Sequence record: DRR378314_2323
Length of the DNA stretch: 47,010 bases
Reading direction: 5' to 3' (one strand)
This document shows positions 23,769 to 36,607 of the stretch, piece after piece. Each line of letters starts with the position of its first letter. The first letter of the stretch is position 1. Position numbers and translations under genes: made by a program. The notes under the pieces were generated by a model. That model was not told the origin of the DNA, did no database searches, and worked only from the letters and a program-made list of their open reading frames with translations.

Positions 23769-26348
23769 CTAATCTCTCGGTGGCGGCGGGGCCAGAACTT
23801 CCCGGGCACCATTATGCCCGGCAGCGCTAACCACACCGGATGCTTCCATGGCGTCGACCAGGTTGGCGGCCCGGTTATAGCCGATCTTGAATTTACGCTG
23901 GACGGATGAAATCGATACCCGTCTACCCTCAGTCACAAAGGCAACCGCCTCATCGAACAGCGCATCCCCCTCGCTGTCGCCCCCTCCGTCGCTCAGGTTG
24001 GGCACGCCGGGCAGGTTCTCGCCTTCAGCGCCGTTAAGCACATCGTCCACATAGACGGGCTCGCCACGAGCCTTCCAGGCACTGACCACCCGGTGCACTT
24101 CGTCGTCGTCCACGAAGGCGCCATGCACTCGCACCGGTAGCCCGGAACCCGGGGGCAGATAGAGCATGTCACCATGCCCCAACAACTGCTCCGCGCCACC
24201 CTGGTCCAGAACCGTGCGGGAATCGATCTTGGACGATACCTGAAACGACATCCGCGTTGGAATATTGGCCTTGATCAGGCCGGTGATGACGTCCACCGAC
24301 GGCCGTTGGGTCGCAAGAATCAGGTGGATACCGGCGGCACGGGCTTTCTGGGCAATCCGCGCAATAAGCTCCTCGACCTTTTTACCGACGATCATCATCA
24401 TGTCAGCGAACTCGTCGATGACGACCACGATGAACGGAAGGGTTTCCAGCTCCGGGCGTTCCTGCTCATCGTCCGCCAGGTATTCATCCGGTTTCCAGGT
24501 TGGGTCCAGCAATGGCTCACCCGCAGCTGCCGCATCCTTCACCTTGCGGTTGTAACCGGCCAGGTTACGAACGCCAAGGCTCGCCAGCAGCCGGTAACGG
24601 CGCTCCATTTCGGCCACGCACCAGCGCAATGCGTTGGCGGCGTCTTTCATGTCGGTCACAACGGGCGCCAGCAGATGCGGAATGCCATCGTAGATGCTCA
24701 ATTCCAGCATCTTGGGATCCACCATGATAAAGCGCACCTCTTCCGGGGTGGCCTTCAACAGCATGCTCAGCAACATGGCGTTCACACCAACGGACTTACC
24801 CGAACCGGTGGTACCCGCCACCAGCAGATGTGGCATCTTCGCCAGATTGGCCACCATCGGGTTGCCACCGATATCGTTGCCCAACGCAAGGGTCAACGCA
24901 GACGACGAGTCCTGGAAGACCCGGGCATTCAGTACTTCACTGAGCCGGACCATTTCCCGTTCTTCGTTCGGTATCTCGATACCCACCACGGATTTGCCCG
25001 GAATCACCTCAACCACGCGAACACTGAGAACAGCCAGCGAACGGGCAAGGTCCTTCGCAAGATTGGAAATCTTGCTCACCTTGACGCCTGGCGCGGGTTT
25101 TATCTCGAACCGAGTGATAACCGGTCCGGGGTTAACCTCGACGACTTCCACCGAAACGCCGAAATCAGCGAGCTTTTCTTCCAGCAGGCGTGACATGTGC
25201 TGAAGCGATTCCTCGGAATAGCCCTTTTCCTTGTGCTCCTCCGGTGGGTCCAGCAGGGTAATGGGCGGAATCGTGCTTTCAATGTCTTCCAGCAACGACG
25301 CCTGTTTGTTCTTGCTGCCATTGGCGTTGCCGGCAGACGGATCATCACGCTTGAAAGGCGATATTTTCAGGGATTTCCCGGGTGGCTTGGGAGCACCTTT
25401 CGCCGGCGTTTTGCCTACCGACTTGGTGTCGTCATGGGAGCTGAAGCTTTCCAGGCGTGCGGGTTCGGCATCATCAACCGGCAAGACACCTTCCAGCCCA
25501 GGTTCCTTTCGCTCCGGGCGTGGACCTGCCGTCTTGACCTTCTCGGCACGCGGCCCAAGGCCCAGCAGGCGCCGCCACCAGGAAACACCTGATGCCGGGG
25601 GCTTCTTGCTAGCCACCCGGTCCCGCACCGTGGGGGGCTCAGGTGGTTTCTTCACGGGTTCGGGTGCGGCCGGGGCACTTGCCGCTGGTTTGGGCTTTTC
25701 CTTACCGGATGAGGAGAACAGGTTTTTGATGGCGTTACCCGTTCGGATCGTCAGATTTCCGACCTGATCCATTAACCAGAACCAGGACAGCCCGGTGCTC
25801 ACAGTGAGTGCAAACAGGAAAATAGCGATAAGCAGCAGCGTCGTGGCGGGCAAGTTGAAAAAGCGCACCATGGCCTCGGACACCGCGGAGCCCAGCACAC
25901 CGCCGGACGTCACTCCAAGACCAAACACAGAATAGAGCGACAACAGACTGGTGGCCGATAACAGAATCAGCAGGAAGCCGCCGAAGCGCAACAGAAAAAG
26001 CGGCATGTGCATGTCGATGGAATCATTTCGCCGGCGTATCAGCATCAGCGCGTAGCCGGCGATCATCACCGGAAACAGGAAAGCAACATGCCCGAAGAAG
26101 TCATGCAGGAGACTGGCCAACCAGGCGCCGGTTCGGCCCGCGTAATTTTGCACGCTGGTATCGTGCCCGATACTGGCCCAGCCAGGGTCCGAAGGGCTGA
26201 AGGTAACCAACGCCATTCCCAGATAAATGCAGAGGGCTATCAGCGCGATCACCGCCCCCTCTCTCGCTCCCTGGGCGAGAAAGCGACGGAACCGCTCCTG
26301 CTTCTCGGTTAACTCACCGGTTTTTTTCGCTTTTGCGCTCTCAGCCAT
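23769..26348 (-). CDS. ftsK: DNA translocase FtsK
   Basis: 4TM N-terminus, Pro/Lys-rich linker, [27 protein letters not shown], gamma domain [17 protein letters not shown]. Confidence 0.98.
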   Translation of the reverse strand: MAESAKAKKTGELTEKQERFRRFLAQGAREGAVIALIALCIYLGMALVTFSPSDPGWASIGHDTSVQNYAGRTGAWLASLLHDFFGHVAFLFPVMIAGYALMLIRRRNDSIDMHMPLFLLRFGGFLLILLSATSLLSLYSVFGLGVTSGGVLGSAVSEAMVRFFNLPATTLLLIAIFLFALTVSTGLSWFWLMDQVGNLTIRTGNAIKNLFSSSGKEKPKPAASAPAAPEPVKKPPEPPTVRDRVASKKPPASGVSWWRRLLGLGPRAEKVKTAGPRPERKEPGLEGVLPVDDAEPARLESFSSHDDTKSVGKTPAKGAPKPPGKSLKISPFKRDDPSAGNANGSKNKQASLLEDIESTIPPITLLDPPEEHKEKGYSEESLQHMSRLLEEKLADFGVSVEVVEVNPGPVITRFEIKPAPGVKVSKISNLAKDLARSLAVLSVRVVEVIPGKSVVGIEIPNEEREMVRLSEVLNARVFQDSSSALTLALGNDIGGNPMVANLAKMPHLLVAGTTGSGKSVGVNAMLLSMLLKATPEEVRFIMVDPKMLELSIYDGIPHLLAPVVTDMKDAANALRWCVAEMERRYRLLASLGVRNLAGYNRKVKDAAAAGEPLLDPTWKPDEYLADDEQERPELETLPFIVVVIDEFADMMMIVGKKVEELIARIAQKARAAGIHLILATQRPSVDVITGLIKANIPTRMSFQVSSKIDSRTVLDQGGAEQLLGHGDMLYLPPGSGLPVRVHGAFVDDDEVHRVVSAWKARGEPVYVDDVLNGAEGENLPGVPNLSDGGGDSEGDALFDEAVAFVTEGRRVSISSVQRKFKIGYNRAANLVDAMEASGVVSAAGHNGAREVLAPPPPRD

Positions 26349-26354
26349 GAATGC

Positions 26355-27596
26355 TTAGACAGTTCCCTGACGGTAATTTTCAAGAGCCTCAAACCCGCGT
26401 TGCAGATCGGTTTTGAGGTCCTCAACAGCTTCGATACCCACCGAGATCCGTACCAGATTTTCGGTAATACCCGCGTGCGCCTTGTCTTCCGGAGACAGAC
26501 GACCGTGCGTGGTTGTGGCCGGATGGGTAATGGTGGTTTTGACGTCACCCAGGTTCGCGGTAATGGAAATCATCCGGGTGGCATCGATAAACGCCCATGC
26601 CTGTTCCCGACCTCCTTTAACGGTGAAGGAAAGTACACCACCAAACCCGCTTTGTTGACGCTTGGCCAGCTCATGCTGTGGGTGGTCGGGCAAGCCGGCA
26701 TAGAACACCTGATCCACCGCGCCCTGCCCTTCCAGCCATGTCGCCAACTCTAACGCATTGTCACAGTGGGCGCGCATACGGATTGGTAAGGTTTCCAGGC
26801 CCTTAAGGAAAACCCAGGCATTAAACGGGCTCAGGGTCGGCCCTGCGGAACGAAGGAAGCCGTAGACTTCCTCCATCAGTTTATTCGGGCCGACGACGAC
26901 ACCACCAACACAGCGTCCCTGACCATCCAGGTATTTGGTGGCGGAGTGAATGATGATATCGGCACCATGCTCGAACGGACGCTGCAGTACCGGCGTACAG
27001 AAGCAATTATCCACCACAAACAGCGCGTCATTGGCGTGAGCCAACTCAGAAAGCGCCTTCATATCGGCGACTTCGCACAATGGGTTGGTCGGCGTTTCGA
27101 TGAACAGCATCCGTGTTTCGGGCCGCACGGCCGCCTGCCACTGGGCCATGTCCGTCAGGCTGACAAAGGTCGTCTCCACGCCGAACTTCGCCAGATATTT
27201 CTGGAAAAGCACATTGGTGGTACCAAAGACACCCCGTGAGCAAATCACGTGGTCACCGGCTTTCAGCAACGCCATGCAGGTTGCGAGGATGGCCGCCATG
27301 CCGGACGATGTCGCCACCGCCCGCTCGCCGCCTTCCATCGCCGCGATACGGGATTCAAACGCCTGTACCGTCGGGTTGGTGAAACGGGAATAGATATTAC
27401 CGGGCTCCTCGCCACCGAACCGAGCCGCAGCCTGGGCCGCACTGCCATAGACGAAGCTCGACGTTGGGAAAATGGCGTCGCTGTGCTCCAGCTGGCCGGT
27501 ACGGATCTGGCCGGCACGCACCGCGAGCGTGTCCACAGACATGCCCTCAAGATCCGACTCGGGGATCAGAACATGCTCTTCGCGGCGATAGGTCAT
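26355..27596 (-). CDS. metZ: O-succinylhomoserine sulfhydrylase
   Basis: YSRFTNPT, SSGMAAI, ETPTNP, PLP-lysine motif HSATKY, TANLGD. Directly downstream of purF. Confidence 0.95.
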   Translation of the reverse strand: MTYRREEHVLIPESDLEGMSVDTLAVRAGQIRTGQLEHSDAIFPTSSFVYGSAAQAAARFGGEEPGNIYSRFTNPTVQAFESRIAAMEGGERAVATSSGMAAILATCMALLKAGDHVICSRGVFGTTNVLFQKYLAKFGVETTFVSLTDMAQWQAAVRPETRMLFIETPTNPLCEVADMKALSELAHANDALFVVDNCFCTPVLQRPFEHGADIIIHSATKYLDGQGRCVGGVVVGPNKLMEEVYGFLRSAGPTLSPFNAWVFLKGLETLPIRMRAHCDNALELATWLEGQGAVDQVFYAGLPDHPQHELAKRQQSGFGGVLSFTVKGGREQAWAFIDATRMISITANLGDVKTTITHPATTTHGRLSPEDKAHAGITENLVRISVGIEAVEDLKTDLQRGFEALENYRQGTV

Positions 27597-27625
27597 GACA
27601 AACTCCTGTTTATGGCCATGCTGGA

Positions 27626-29149
27626 TCAGTCTTCGTCGTTATACAGATCAATAATACCGTTGTCCGAGGCATCCCCGGCGCCAGCCTGGAACCGGTTTTC
27701 ATCATTGCGAGCAGCCTCCAGTTTGTTGAGGTAGGCTTCGTCCACATCGCCGGTAACGTAATTGCCGGTAAAGACGGAACACTCCCAGCCTTCAATCTCC
27801 GGATTAACGTCGTTAACGCAGGTAATGAGGTCATCAAGATCCTGGTACAGCAGCCAATCGGCCCCGATGAGTTCACCGATCTCCTGAACACTTCGGTCGT
27901 GGGCGATCAACTCGTTAACCGACGGCATATCGATGCCGTAGACATTGGGATAGCGAACCGGGGGCGCTGCTGAGGCAAAGTAGACTTTGCGGGCACCGGC
28001 GTCCCTTGCCATCTGTACGATTTCCTTGCACGTGGTTCCCCGCACGATGGAATCGTCCACCAGCATGACGTTCTTGCCCCGGAATTCCAGGTCAATCGGG
28101 TTCAGCTTCTGGCGCACGGACTTCTTGCGCATCTTCTGGCCAGGCATGATGAACGTTCGGCCGATATAACGATTCTTGATAAAGCCTTCGCGGAATTTCA
28201 CTCCCAGCCGGTGCGCCATCTGCATGGCAGAGGTGCGGCTGGTATCCGGTATCGGCATCACCACATCGATATCATGCTCCGGACGCTCGCGCAGGACCTT
28301 TTCCGCCAATGTTTCTCCCATTCGCAGCCGTGCCTTGTAGACCGATACTTTGTCGATAATGGAATCCGGCCGGGCAAAATACACGTGCTCGAAGATACAG
28401 GGATAAAGATGGGCTTCCTCAGCGCACTGCTGGGTATAGAGCGTACCATCGGTTTCGATGTACACCGCCTCACCTGGCGCGATGTCCCGCACCAGCTTGA
28501 AGCCTGCTGCACTCAGCGCCACGCTCTCGGAGGCAATCATGTACTCCTCCCCTTCCTCGGTCTTGCGCACGCCATAGCAGGCCGGACGGATGCCGTTGGG
28601 GTCACGGAAACCAACAATGCCATACCCGGTAATCATCGCGATAACGGCGTAGGCACCACGGCAGCGTTTGTGCACAGCCCGCACCGCCGCGAAGATTTCC
28701 TCTTTGGTCGGGTCCAGCTTGCCCAGTTTTTGAAGCTCGTGGGCAAACACGTTCAGCAGCACTTCCGAGTCCGAATTGGTGTTGATGTGGCGCAAGTCGG
28801 TCCGGAACAGATCCCGGCTCAGGTCGTCGGCATTGGTCAGGTTACCGTTATGGGCCAGCGTGATGCCGTAGGGACTGTTGACGTAGAACGGTTGTGCCTC
28901 GGCCGAACTGGAACTGCCCGCCGTGGGGTACCGAACATGACCGATACCAACATTGCCCACCAACCGGCGCATATGACGGGTACGGAAAACGTCACGCACC
29001 AACCCGTTGTCCTTACGCAGGTAAAAACGTTCATCCTGGAAAGTAACAATTCCCGCTGCATCCTGGCCCCGGTGCTGTAATACGGTCAGCGCGTCGTAAA
29101 GCGACTGATTCACGTTGGAAGTACTGACTATGCCGACAATGCCACACAT
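27626..29149 (-). CDS. purF: Amidophosphoribosyltransferase
   Basis: N-terminal [35 protein letters not shown]. Confidence 0.99.
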   Translation of the reverse strand: MCGIVGIVSTSNVNQSLYDALTVLQHRGQDAAGIVTFQDERFYLRKDNGLVRDVFRTRHMRRLVGNVGIGHVRYPTAGSSSSAEAQPFYVNSPYGITLAHNGNLTNADDLSRDLFRTDLRHINTNSDSEVLLNVFAHELQKLGKLDPTKEEIFAAVRAVHKRCRGAYAVIAMITGYGIVGFRDPNGIRPACYGVRKTEEGEEYMIASESVALSAAGFKLVRDIAPGEAVYIETDGTLYTQQCAEEAHLYPCIFEHVYFARPDSIIDKVSVYKARLRMGETLAEKVLRERPEHDIDVVMPIPDTSRTSAMQMAHRLGVKFREGFIKNRYIGRTFIMPGQKMRKKSVRQKLNPIDLEFRGKNVMLVDDSIVRGTTCKEIVQMARDAGARKVYFASAAPPVRYPNVYGIDMPSVNELIAHDRSVQEIGELIGADWLLYQDLDDLITCVNDVNPEIEGWECSVFTGNYVTGDVDEAYLNKLEAARNDENRFQAGAGDASDNGIIDLYNDED

Positions 29150-29184
29150 GGATACGGTAATCTCCGAAGCGTTAATACTGAATG

Positions 29185-29754
29185 TTAGCGGGACGCGGAA
29201 GCGGGTTCCACGTTATCTTTCTGCTGAGAACCGGAAGGGCTATCCTTTTCCCCGCCTGCCGGCCCGAGAAAGCGGGCGAATTCATCTCCGAGGGTTCTTC
29301 TTGACCAGTCCTCCACCACGGCAAGGCGGTCGATCATCACCGACGTACGCCACCATGTGTCCTCTGCGAGGGGCGTGTAGCGCGTGAAAGCAATCCCGAC
29401 AATCACCACCACCACGCCCCGTAACAGGCCGAACCCCATGCCCAACACCCTGTCAGTGGGGGATAGGCCCGTCGCCCTGACGAGATGGCCGATCATGTTG
29501 TTGATGATTGCACCAACAATAAGGGTACCAAAGAACAGGATCGCGAAGGCAGCCACGAGGCGCACAAGGGGCGTTTCAACAGTGCTCTCGAGAAGAGACT
29601 GCATCTGGGGATGGAACGTTCGTGCAAGGATAAACGCCCCCACCCAGGTAATCAGTGAGAGCGCTTCTTTTACAAAGCCACGCTTCAGGCTGATTAGGGT
29701 GGAAACCGTTATCAGGGCAATGATGACCCAGTCAATCCAGATCAGCGCATCCAT
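29185..29754 (-). CDS. cvpA: Colicin V production protein (membrane protein)
   Basis: [10 protein letters not shown] and DRVLGMGFG. Directly upstream of purF. Confidence 0.95.
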   Translation of the reverse strand: MDALIWIDWVIIALITVSTLISLKRGFVKEALSLITWVGAFILARTFHPQMQSLLESTVETPLVRLVAAFAILFFGTLIVGAIINNMIGHLVRATGLSPTDRVLGMGFGLLRGVVVVIVGIAFTRYTPLAEDTWWRTSVMIDRLAVVEDWSRRTLGDEFARFLGPAGGEKDSPSGSQQKDNVEPASASR

Positions 29755-29784
29755 GGAAAACCCGGTGGAAATAAGGAAGCGCGA

Positions 29785-29812
29785 ATTCTATCAGGAAACG
29801 TCACCTGACCAA
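29785..29812 (-). promoter_or_regulatory. Putative extended -10 promoter for cvpA-purF-metZ
   Basis: Minus strand TGATAGAAT (29793-29785) followed by GC-rich TCGCGC. Weak -35 TTGGTC. Confidence 0.55.
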
Positions 29813-29849
29813 ACCGCCCTGTGCGTATAAGTGGCGGGAGACGTCAGTG

Positions 29850-30491
29850 CTATTTGTCGCCAGACGTGACCAGGCTGTTGAGACCAAAGGCTTTGTCGAG
29901 GACTTGTTTGGCTTTTTCCGCCTCGGCCTTTTCAGCGAACGGACCACTGAAAACACGGGTCAGTTCCGTATCGCCACGGGTGACCTGCTGCAGGTGGGAG
30001 TTATAGCCCTTGTCACGAACCTTGTCCCGCAACCCTCTGGCATTGTCCCCGCTGCCAAAACTGCCCAACTGGACAACCCACGCCCCTTCCAGGGAACGGG
30101 TGTATTCTGCAGAGTCTTCCTCGGCGACCGGTGCATTCGTGTCGGCCTCGGCAGGTGATGAGGGCTCAGGCTCAGCCGAGGGCTCCTCGGCAACGTTGGT
30201 GGTGGGCTGAGGGTCGCTCTCCGCCATGGCGACATCGGTTTCCGGCTTGTCTGACGACTGGAGCGCCGGATTCTGCTCACCAGATTCGTCGCTTTCCTCA
30301 AGCCGGTACGCCGGGGCATCGGATACCTCGGGCTCAGGTGCATCAACCTCAGGGAAAGGCGGTTCTTCCGGGATCTTGATGGTGGTGGATTCACGCTCGG
30401 AATGTGGCTCATCGAACATCATCGGTACAAAGATTACGGCAAGCGACACCAGCACAAGAGCCCCGATGATTCTTTGTTTCAGTCCGTCCAC
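29850..30491 (-). CDS. dedD: SPOR-domain cell division protein (DedD-like)
   Basis: LKQRIIGALVLVSLAVIFVP TM segment, acidic linker, SPOR WVVQLGSF...GPF. GTG start. Confidence 0.88.
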   Translation of the reverse strand: MDGLKQRIIGALVLVSLAVIFVPMMFDEPHSERESTTIKIPEEPPFPEVDAPEPEVSDAPAYRLEESDESGEQNPALQSSDKPETDVAMAESDPQPTTNVAEEPSAEPEPSSPAEADTNAPVAEEDSAEYTRSLEGAWVVQLGSFGSGDNARGLRDKVRDKGYNSHLQQVTRGDTELTRVFSGPFAEKAEAEKAKQVLDKAFGLNSLVTSGDK

Positions 30492-30548
30492 GTTAGGTTG
30501 TCCCCTGTTTGTTCCTGCCTCACCGCGATTGGCGGCTTTCTGTGCCAG

Positions 30549-30577
30549 ATACTAACCGCCCCCTGCCGAGAACTCAA
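30549..30577 (-). promoter_or_regulatory. Putative sigma70 promoter for dedD
   Basis: Minus strand TTGAGT-N17-TAGTAT. Confidence 0.5.
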
Positions 30578-30603
30578 AGCCTGGAGGCGGGAATGAAGGA
30601 TAT

Positions 30604-31929
30604 TTAAGACGAGCCTTTCCCCCAGGCAACCCTGGCTTGAGCCACCGTGTGAAAGGAGCCGAACACCACAACCATGTCCTCTGGCGCCGCCCCGTCCAGC
30701 GCGTTTTGCAGAGCTTCGGCAACGGACACAGAGGTCGTGGTCACGTTCTGATGGAGACATTTGCCTATCCGCCCTGCCAGCTCTTCTCCGGATAATCCAC
30801 GATGAACATCCAGACCGGCGAGGTGCCATTCGTCAATAACGGGCGACATTGCATCCGCCACGCCTTCCACATCTTTATCGGCAAGGGCAGCATAAACGGC
30901 GATAACACGGCCGACCCCGGAGTCCCGACGCCCGATGCGACCGGCAAGCCACTTGGCCGCATGGGGATTATGACCGACATCGGCCACAACCTGCGGATGC
31001 GACTGCAAGACCTCATAGCGCCCTGGCAACCCCAGCCTGCCGATAACCTGCTCAATCGCGTGGGCGTCCAACTCTGGCTGCAACTGTCTTATCGCAACAA
31101 CCGCAGCGGCAAGGCTGTGAACGGGAAGCCCGTTATCGGGAAGCAATACGCGGTCGCCGTAACGCGCCTCTTCCAGCCACACACTGCCTGCTGAGTCTGC
31201 ATCCCGATTGCACGGCACCAGCTGATAAGTCTCGCCAGGCCGCTCAAGACGAACCTTTTGGGCGACAGCCTGCTGTAACACCGACGCAGGGGGATCAATA
31301 TCCGCGTAGATGGCGGGGATGCCCGGGCGCAGGATGCCCGCTTTCTCGAAACCGATAACGTCACGATTGTCCCCGAGAAAGGCGACATGATCGATATCCA
31401 CGGATGTAATGATGGCCAGGTCCGGATCCAGGACGTTCACCGCATCCAGGCGACCGCCCAACCCCACTTCAAGGACCCAATCCTCAACAGCCGACTCCTG
31501 GAACAGCACGAAAGCGGCAAGGGTTCCGAACTCGAAATACGTCAGCGTGGTATTGCCGCGTGCCGCTTCCACCTGTGAGAACGCACGGACCAATTGTTCG
31601 TCGGTAACATCCTTGCCGTTGATGCGAACGCGTTCGTTGTAGTCCTGAAGGTGTGGAGACGTGTAGGCGCCGGTTGACCGTCCAGACGCTATCAACAACT
31701 GTTCGAGCGCTGCAACGGCACTGCCCTTCCCGTTCGTGCCGGCAATGGTGATGATTCGTCCCGCCGGCTTGCGGCGAAACAGGCGCCGCAACACGAGAAG
31801 CACACGGTCGAGGCCAAGATCGATTTCAGAGGGGTGGATCGACTCGAGGTAACCAAGCCACTGTTCAAGCGTGGCTTTGTCGCCCGGGACAATGCTGTCC
31901 CGGGCGACAGGGCTATTCTGCGGGGGCAT
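30604..31929 (-). CDS. folC: Dihydrofolate synthase/folylpolyglutamate synthase
   Basis: [42 protein letters not shown]. Probable start ATG 31929, overlapping the end of accD. Confidence 0.96.
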   Translation of the reverse strand: MPPQNSPVARDSIVPGDKATLEQWLGYLESIHPSEIDLGLDRVLLVLRRLFRRKPAGRIITIAGTNGKGSAVAALEQLLIASGRSTGAYTSPHLQDYNERVRINGKDVTDEQLVRAFSQVEAARGNTTLTYFEFGTLAAFVLFQESAVEDWVLEVGLGGRLDAVNVLDPDLAIITSVDIDHVAFLGDNRDVIGFEKAGILRPGIPAIYADIDPPASVLQQAVAQKVRLERPGETYQLVPCNRDADSAGSVWLEEARYGDRVLLPDNGLPVHSLAAAVVAIRQLQPELDAHAIEQVIGRLGLPGRYEVLQSHPQVVADVGHNPHAAKWLAGRIGRRDSGVGRVIAVYAALADKDVEGVADAMSPVIDEWHLAGLDVHRGLSGEELAGRIGKCLHQNVTTTSVSVAEALQNALDGAAPEDMVVVFGSFHTVAQARVAWGKGSS

Positions 31930-32839
31930 CAGTTTCAGGTCGCTCCGACACTTCGAACTCGATGGGCGCCTCTGTGGCCGGCTTATCCAGATCGGTAAAC
32001 TTGGCCAGCAATGCCGCAATACGTTCACGCATCTGATGACGATGGAGAATCATGTCGATGGCACCATGCTCCAGCAGGAATTCGCTACGCTGGAAGCCTT
32101 CGGGCAGCTTCTCTCGAACCGTCTGCTCGATGACTCGGGGGCCGGCAAAGCCGATCAGGGCGTAGGGTTCTGCGATATTGAGATCACCCAGCATGGCCAG
32201 ACTTGCGGATACGCCACCAAATACAGGGTCGGTCATCACCGAGATATAAGGAATGCCTTCCTGCTTCATACGCTCGAGTACGGCGGCCGTCTTGGACATC
32301 TGCATCAGCGACAGAATCGCTTCCTGCATCCGCGCGCCCCCACTGGCAGAAAAACACACCAGGGGAATTCTTTCCTCCAGGCACACATTCGCAGCCTGGA
32401 CGAACTTCTCACCGACAACCTGCCCCATGGAGCCGCCGAGGAAGTTGAACTCGAACGCCACTGCGACCAGCGGAATATCCAGGCTGGTACCACGCATGGC
32501 TACCAACGCGTCTTTCTCTCCGGTGGCTTTCTGATTCTGACTCAGACGATCCTTGTACCGTTTGCTGTCCTTGAATTTCAGGCGATCCCAGGGCTCCAGG
32601 TCGGCGGCAATTTCCTGGCGACCCTCCGCATCCAGAAAGATATCGAGGCGACGACGGGCATTAACTCTCAGGTGATGCTGGCATTTGGGACAAACGTCCA
32701 GATTCTTATCCAGCTCCGGCTTGTACAAAAACGCCCCGCACTTGGGACATTTCTTCCACAGACCCTCAGGAACCCCGGTCCGCTGCTTGGATTCCGAGCG
32801 GATTTTGCTCGGCATGATCTTGTCCAGCCAGTTACTCAT
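31913..32839 (-). CDS. accD: Acetyl-CoA carboxylase carboxyltransferase beta subunit
   Basis: Zinc finger CPKC...[28 protein letters not shown]. Confidence 0.98.
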   Translation of the reverse strand: MSNWLDKIMPSKIRSESKQRTGVPEGLWKKCPKCGAFLYKPELDKNLDVCPKCQHHLRVNARRRLDIFLDAEGRQEIAADLEPWDRLKFKDSKRYKDRLSQNQKATGEKDALVAMRGTSLDIPLVAVAFEFNFLGGSMGQVVGEKFVQAANVCLEERIPLVCFSASGGARMQEAILSLMQMSKTAAVLERMKQEGIPYISVMTDPVFGGVSASLAMLGDLNIAEPYALIGFAGPRVIEQTVREKLPEGFQRSEFLLEHGAIDMILHRHQMRERIAALLAKFTDLDKPATEAPIEFEVSERPETDAPAE

Positions 32840-32879
32840 GATCTCATCCTGTCCTTTGATGCCTGCGGTAACCTGTCTT

Positions 32880-33692
32880 TCACGAAGCCAGGCTGTCCAG
32901 TGCTTCTCGCATCGGGTGAAGCAGATCTGACAGCGCCCGTTTGAGCTGATCAGGATCTGCCTGATTCCGGGCTATTGTATCGACCAGCACGCTGCCGACA
33001 ATTACACCATCGGATACCCGGCCAACCGCCGCTGCTGTCGCTGCATCACGAATACCGAATCCAACGCCCACTGGCAGCGCGGTAAGTTCGTGAATGTGGG
33101 ACACCTTCGCGGCCACTTCATCCACATCGATCTTACCGGCACCCGTGACGCCCTTGAATGAAACATAGTACACATAGCCCGAACTGTGTTCGCTGATTGC
33201 ACGAATCCTGTCGTCGGTCGTGGTCGGAGCCAGCAGGAAAATCGCGTCGAGGTTACGCGCAGTGAACAGTGGCGCCACTTCATCCGCCTCTTCCGGCGGC
33301 AAATCCACGGTCAGGATACCGTCTACCCCTGCATCAACCGCAGCGTCTGCGAATTTCTCCTGCCCCATGGCCTCCATGGGGTTGAGATAGCCCATCAGCA
33401 CAACCGGTGTGGCATCGTCTGTTTCGCGGAACGTTTTTACCATCCCCAGAACCTGCCTCAGCGACGTGCCATGCACCAACGCCCGCTCGCACGCCTGCTG
33501 TATCACCGGACCATCTGCCATAGGGTCCGAGAAAGGCACACCCAATTCGATGATATCCGCGCCCGCAGACACCAAGGTGTGCATCAGGTCAACGGTAAGA
33601 TCCGGATGCGGATCGCCAGCGGTAATGTACGGAATCAGCGCCTTGCGACCCTGCCCTTTCAGGGCTTTCAGCACCCCTTCGATTCGACTCAT
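32880..33692 (-). CDS. trpA: Tryptophan synthase alpha chain
   Basis: [32 protein letters not shown]. Confidence 0.98.
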   Translation of the reverse strand: MSRIEGVLKALKGQGRKALIPYITAGDPHPDLTVDLMHTLVSAGADIIELGVPFSDPMADGPVIQQACERALVHGTSLRQVLGMVKTFRETDDATPVVLMGYLNPMEAMGQEKFADAAVDAGVDGILTVDLPPEEADEVAPLFTARNLDAIFLLAPTTTDDRIRAISEHSSGYVYYVSFKGVTGAGKIDVDEVAAKVSHIHELTALPVGVGFGIRDAATAAAVGRVSDGVIVGSVLVDTIARNQADPDQLKRALSDLLHPMREALDSLAS

Positions 33693-33766
33693 GCCTGCTC
33701 CTGTGATTATTCCTGCACTGCAGTCCGTACTGGCCCGGCACCCGACATCAGGTACCGGACAATGGC

Positions 33767-34987
33767 TTAAACTTCGATTCCATCCAGCTCGGCGATGGTA
33801 TGGATGTCCTTGTCGCCGCGACCAGAGATATTAATCACAACCACCTGTTCTTTATCCATCGTGGCTGCAAGCTTGATAGCGTAAGCTACCGCATGAGCGG
33901 TCTCAAGTGCCGGCATAATGCCTTCTACCCGCGTTAGCTTGCGAAAACCGTCCAGTGCCTCATCGTCGGTCACGGATACGTAGTGCGCCCGCCCGATGTC
34001 CTTGAGCCAGCTGTGTTCAGGCCCGACGCCCGGGTAATCCAGGCCGGCGCTGACCGAGTGGGTTCCTGCGATCTGGCCGTTCTCGTCTTCCATCAGATAG
34101 GTCCGGTTGCCGTGAAGCACTCCCGGGCGTCCCGCACTGAGGGGCGCGGCATGCTTGCCGGTTTCGATACCGAGGCCGCCGGCTTCCACACCATACATTT
34201 CAACACTCTCGTCGGTCAGGAACGGATAGAACATACCGATCGCATTGGAACCACCACCAACACAGGCCACCAGCGCATCCGGCAGCTTGCCGGCCTGGGC
34301 GAGGGATTGCTCTCGGGTTTCACGCCCGATCACCGACTGGAAATCACGTACCAGTAACGGATAAGGATGCGGCCCCGCAACCGTGCCAATGATGTAAAAG
34401 GTGTCATCAACGTTCGCCACCCAGTCACGCATGGCGTCATTCATCGCGTCCTTAAGCGTACGGGTTCCGCTCTGCACGGAGTGTACCTCGGCCCCCAGAA
34501 GCTTCATTCGGTAAACGTTCAGGGACTGCCGCTTGACGTCTTCTGCGCCCATGAATACATGGCACTCAAGCCCCAGGCGGGCACAAACGGTGGCGGTGGC
34601 AACACCATGCTGCCCGGCACCGGTTTCCGCGATTACCCGCTTTTTACCGAGAAAACGCGCCAAAAGTGCCTGGCCGATGGTGTTGTTTACCTTGTGCGCG
34701 CCGGTGTGGTTGAGATCTTCCCGCTTCAGCCAGATCTGGGCGCCACCGGTTTCCCGGGACAGCCGTTCCGCGAAATACAGCGGGCTTGGCCGGCCTACAT
34801 AATGCGCGAGGTCCCGATCGAACTCGGCCTGGAACTCGGGATCGTCTTTAAGCCTTTTGTACTCACGCTCCAGAGTCATCAGCGAATCGAACAGAGTTTC
34901 GGACACAAATCTTCCGCCGTAAGCACCAAAGTGACCCCGTGCATCCGGAAGCGCCTTGAGCATTTCTTCAGTCAGTTTCATCGACAC
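33767..34987 (-). CDS. trpB: Tryptophan synthase beta chain
   Basis: [42 protein letters not shown]. Start is GTG 34987 or ATG 34981. Confidence 0.98.
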   Translation of the reverse strand: MSMKLTEEMLKALPDARGHFGAYGGRFVSETLFDSLMTLEREYKRLKDDPEFQAEFDRDLAHYVGRPSPLYFAERLSRETGGAQIWLKREDLNHTGAHKVNNTIGQALLARFLGKKRVIAETGAGQHGVATATVCARLGLECHVFMGAEDVKRQSLNVYRMKLLGAEVHSVQSGTRTLKDAMNDAMRDWVANVDDTFYIIGTVAGPHPYPLLVRDFQSVIGRETREQSLAQAGKLPDALVACVGGGSNAIGMFYPFLTDESVEMYGVEAGGLGIETGKHAAPLSAGRPGVLHGNRTYLMEDENGQIAGTHSVSAGLDYPGVGPEHSWLKDIGRAHYVSVTDDEALDGFRKLTRVEGIMPALETAHAVAYAIKLAATMDKEQVVVINISGRGDKDIHTIAELDGIEV

Positions 34988-35597
34988 GGTGAACCTCGTT
35001 TATAAAATCAGTGATCTTTTCGACGTCTTTGATGCCTTTGCTGCTTTCCACACCGCCACTCACGTCAACGGCCCAGGGCCGAACCTGCGCGACAGCGCGG
35101 GATACGTTATCAGAAGCCAGGCCGCCGGCCAATATCAGGGGCATCGGGCGCCTGGACGGTATCAGCGACCAATTGAAGGACTGCCCCGTACCGCCGTATT
35201 TCTGCGGATCCCATGCGTCTACCAACAGACCGCTGGCATTGCGGTAACGTTCAAAGGCCTGTTCAATGTCATCTGCTTCGCGTACCCGCACGGCCTTGAT
35301 CCAGCGAACCCCGAAACTCGCGCAAAATGCCGGAGATTCATCACCATGGAACTGGAGAAGATCCAGCGGCACCTGCGAGAGCACCTCCTGAACATAGGTT
35401 TCGTCAGGGTTTACGAACAACCCCGCTGCCGTTACAAATGGCGGAACGGCATCAACCAGCCCCCTGGCCATAACCGGTGTCACATACCTCGGGCTGGGTT
35501 CATAGAACACGAAGCCGAGGGCATCCGCTCCGGCGTTGGCAGCGGCGACAACATCCTGCTTTCGGGTAATACCGCAGATCTTGACCCGCGTTCTCAT
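34968..35597 (-). CDS. trpF: Phosphoribosylanthranilate isomerase
   Basis: MRTRVKICG (ATG 35597), QFHGDE, GGTG, LAGGL, DVSGGVE. Confidence 0.97.
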   Translation of the reverse strand: MRTRVKICGITRKQDVVAAANAGADALGFVFYEPSPRYVTPVMARGLVDAVPPFVTAAGLFVNPDETYVQEVLSQVPLDLLQFHGDESPAFCASFGVRWIKAVRVREADDIEQAFERYRNASGLLVDAWDPQKYGGTGQSFNWSLIPSRRPMPLILAGGLASDNVSRAVAQVRPWAVDVSGGVESSKGIKDVEKITDFINEVHRVDETD

Positions 35598-35604
35598 AAG
35601 CCAT

Positions 35605-36501
35605 CTATCGCTGTTTTCGGTGTATGTGAGTCGGACTGCGCGGTCGGTTTTCATCGGCATCAAACCAGGGCGCAACGAACCCAGGCCCGCACTGGGCTGC
35701 CGGGATAGAGAACCCTTCCGGATAACCCACATCCACCAGGTAAAGCCCGTGAGGCGGTGCAGTTACGCCGGCAACCGTCCTGTCCTTCGTCTCAAGTATC
35801 TCACGAATCCATTCCGGCCGCTGCTTCCCAGTGCCTACCGACATTAGTGCGCCGGCGATATTGCGAACCATATGGTGCAGAAACGCATTTGCCTGCACAT
35901 CTATTACGACGAAATCCCCTTTTCGGGTTACGTCAATCGCTTCCAGGAAACGAATGGGGGACCTAGATTGGCAACCAGCGGCCCGAAACGACGAAAAGTC
36001 GTGCTCACCACGAAGAAACTGAGCAGCCTGATGCATCAGCGCCGCGTCCAGCGGGCGAAACGTCCAGCTCACCTGACCATGCAGAATGCCAGGGCGAACC
36101 GGGTGGTTATAGATCACATAACGGTACCGGCGATAGGTTGCGGAAAACCGGGCGTGGAAGTCATCAATCCCATTGCCTGCCCAGTGGACGGCGATATCCG
36201 GAGGTAGCGACGTATTGATTCCCATAACCCAGGATCTGGGATTACGCACCGAGGGTGTCTCGAAGTGAGCGATCTGGTAACTGGCGTGAACACCCGCATC
36301 CGTGCGACCTGCACACACGAGGTCAACAGGGTGATCAGCAACCTTCGAAACTGCCTGGGTCAGCTCGCCCTGAACCGATCTCACACCCGATTTCTGGTAT
36401 TGCCAGCCATGGAAGGCCCGGCCATCGTACTCAAAGGCAAGCGCGACACGCCCTGCTCCGATGGCGCCGTCAGTGGTCAGTGGTTGTGGCGTAACAAACA
36501 A
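35605..36501 (-). CDS. truA: tRNA pseudouridine(38-40) synthase
   Basis: EYDG...[34 protein letters not shown]. Start uncertain; TTG 36501 chosen. Confidence 0.96.
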   Translation of the reverse strand: MFVTPQPLTTDGAIGAGRVALAFEYDGRAFHGWQYQKSGVRSVQGELTQAVSKVADHPVDLVCAGRTDAGVHASYQIAHFETPSVRNPRSWVMGINTSLPPDIAVHWAGNGIDDFHARFSATYRRYRYVIYNHPVRPGILHGQVSWTFRPLDAALMHQAAQFLRGEHDFSSFRAAGCQSRSPIRFLEAIDVTRKGDFVVIDVQANAFLHHMVRNIAGALMSVGTGKQRPEWIREILETKDRTVAGVTAPPHGLYLVDVGYPEGFSIPAAQCGPGFVAPWFDADENRPRSPTHIHRKQR

Positions 36502-36526
36502 TGAAATGTCCGGATTGGAGAGCTGA

Positions 36527-36579
36527 TAACAAAACAAAACGCCGGCTTTTGTCCGAGGTCTGGCCCGGTAGCCGGCGTT
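36527..36579 (-). terminator. Probable intrinsic terminator after fimV
   Basis: 10-bp arms AACGCCGGCT (36538-36547) and AGCCGGCGTT (36570-36579), followed on the minus strand by TTGTTTTGTT. Confidence 0.6.
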
Positions 36580-36607
36580 CTGAATTCCCTGTTCTGATTA
36601 TATCGAA

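Noticed and set aside
29793..29806. Possible PurR box upstream of cvpA-purF (AGGAAACGTCACCT)
   Set aside because: Only a half match to ACGCAAACGTTTGCGT and too weak to call.
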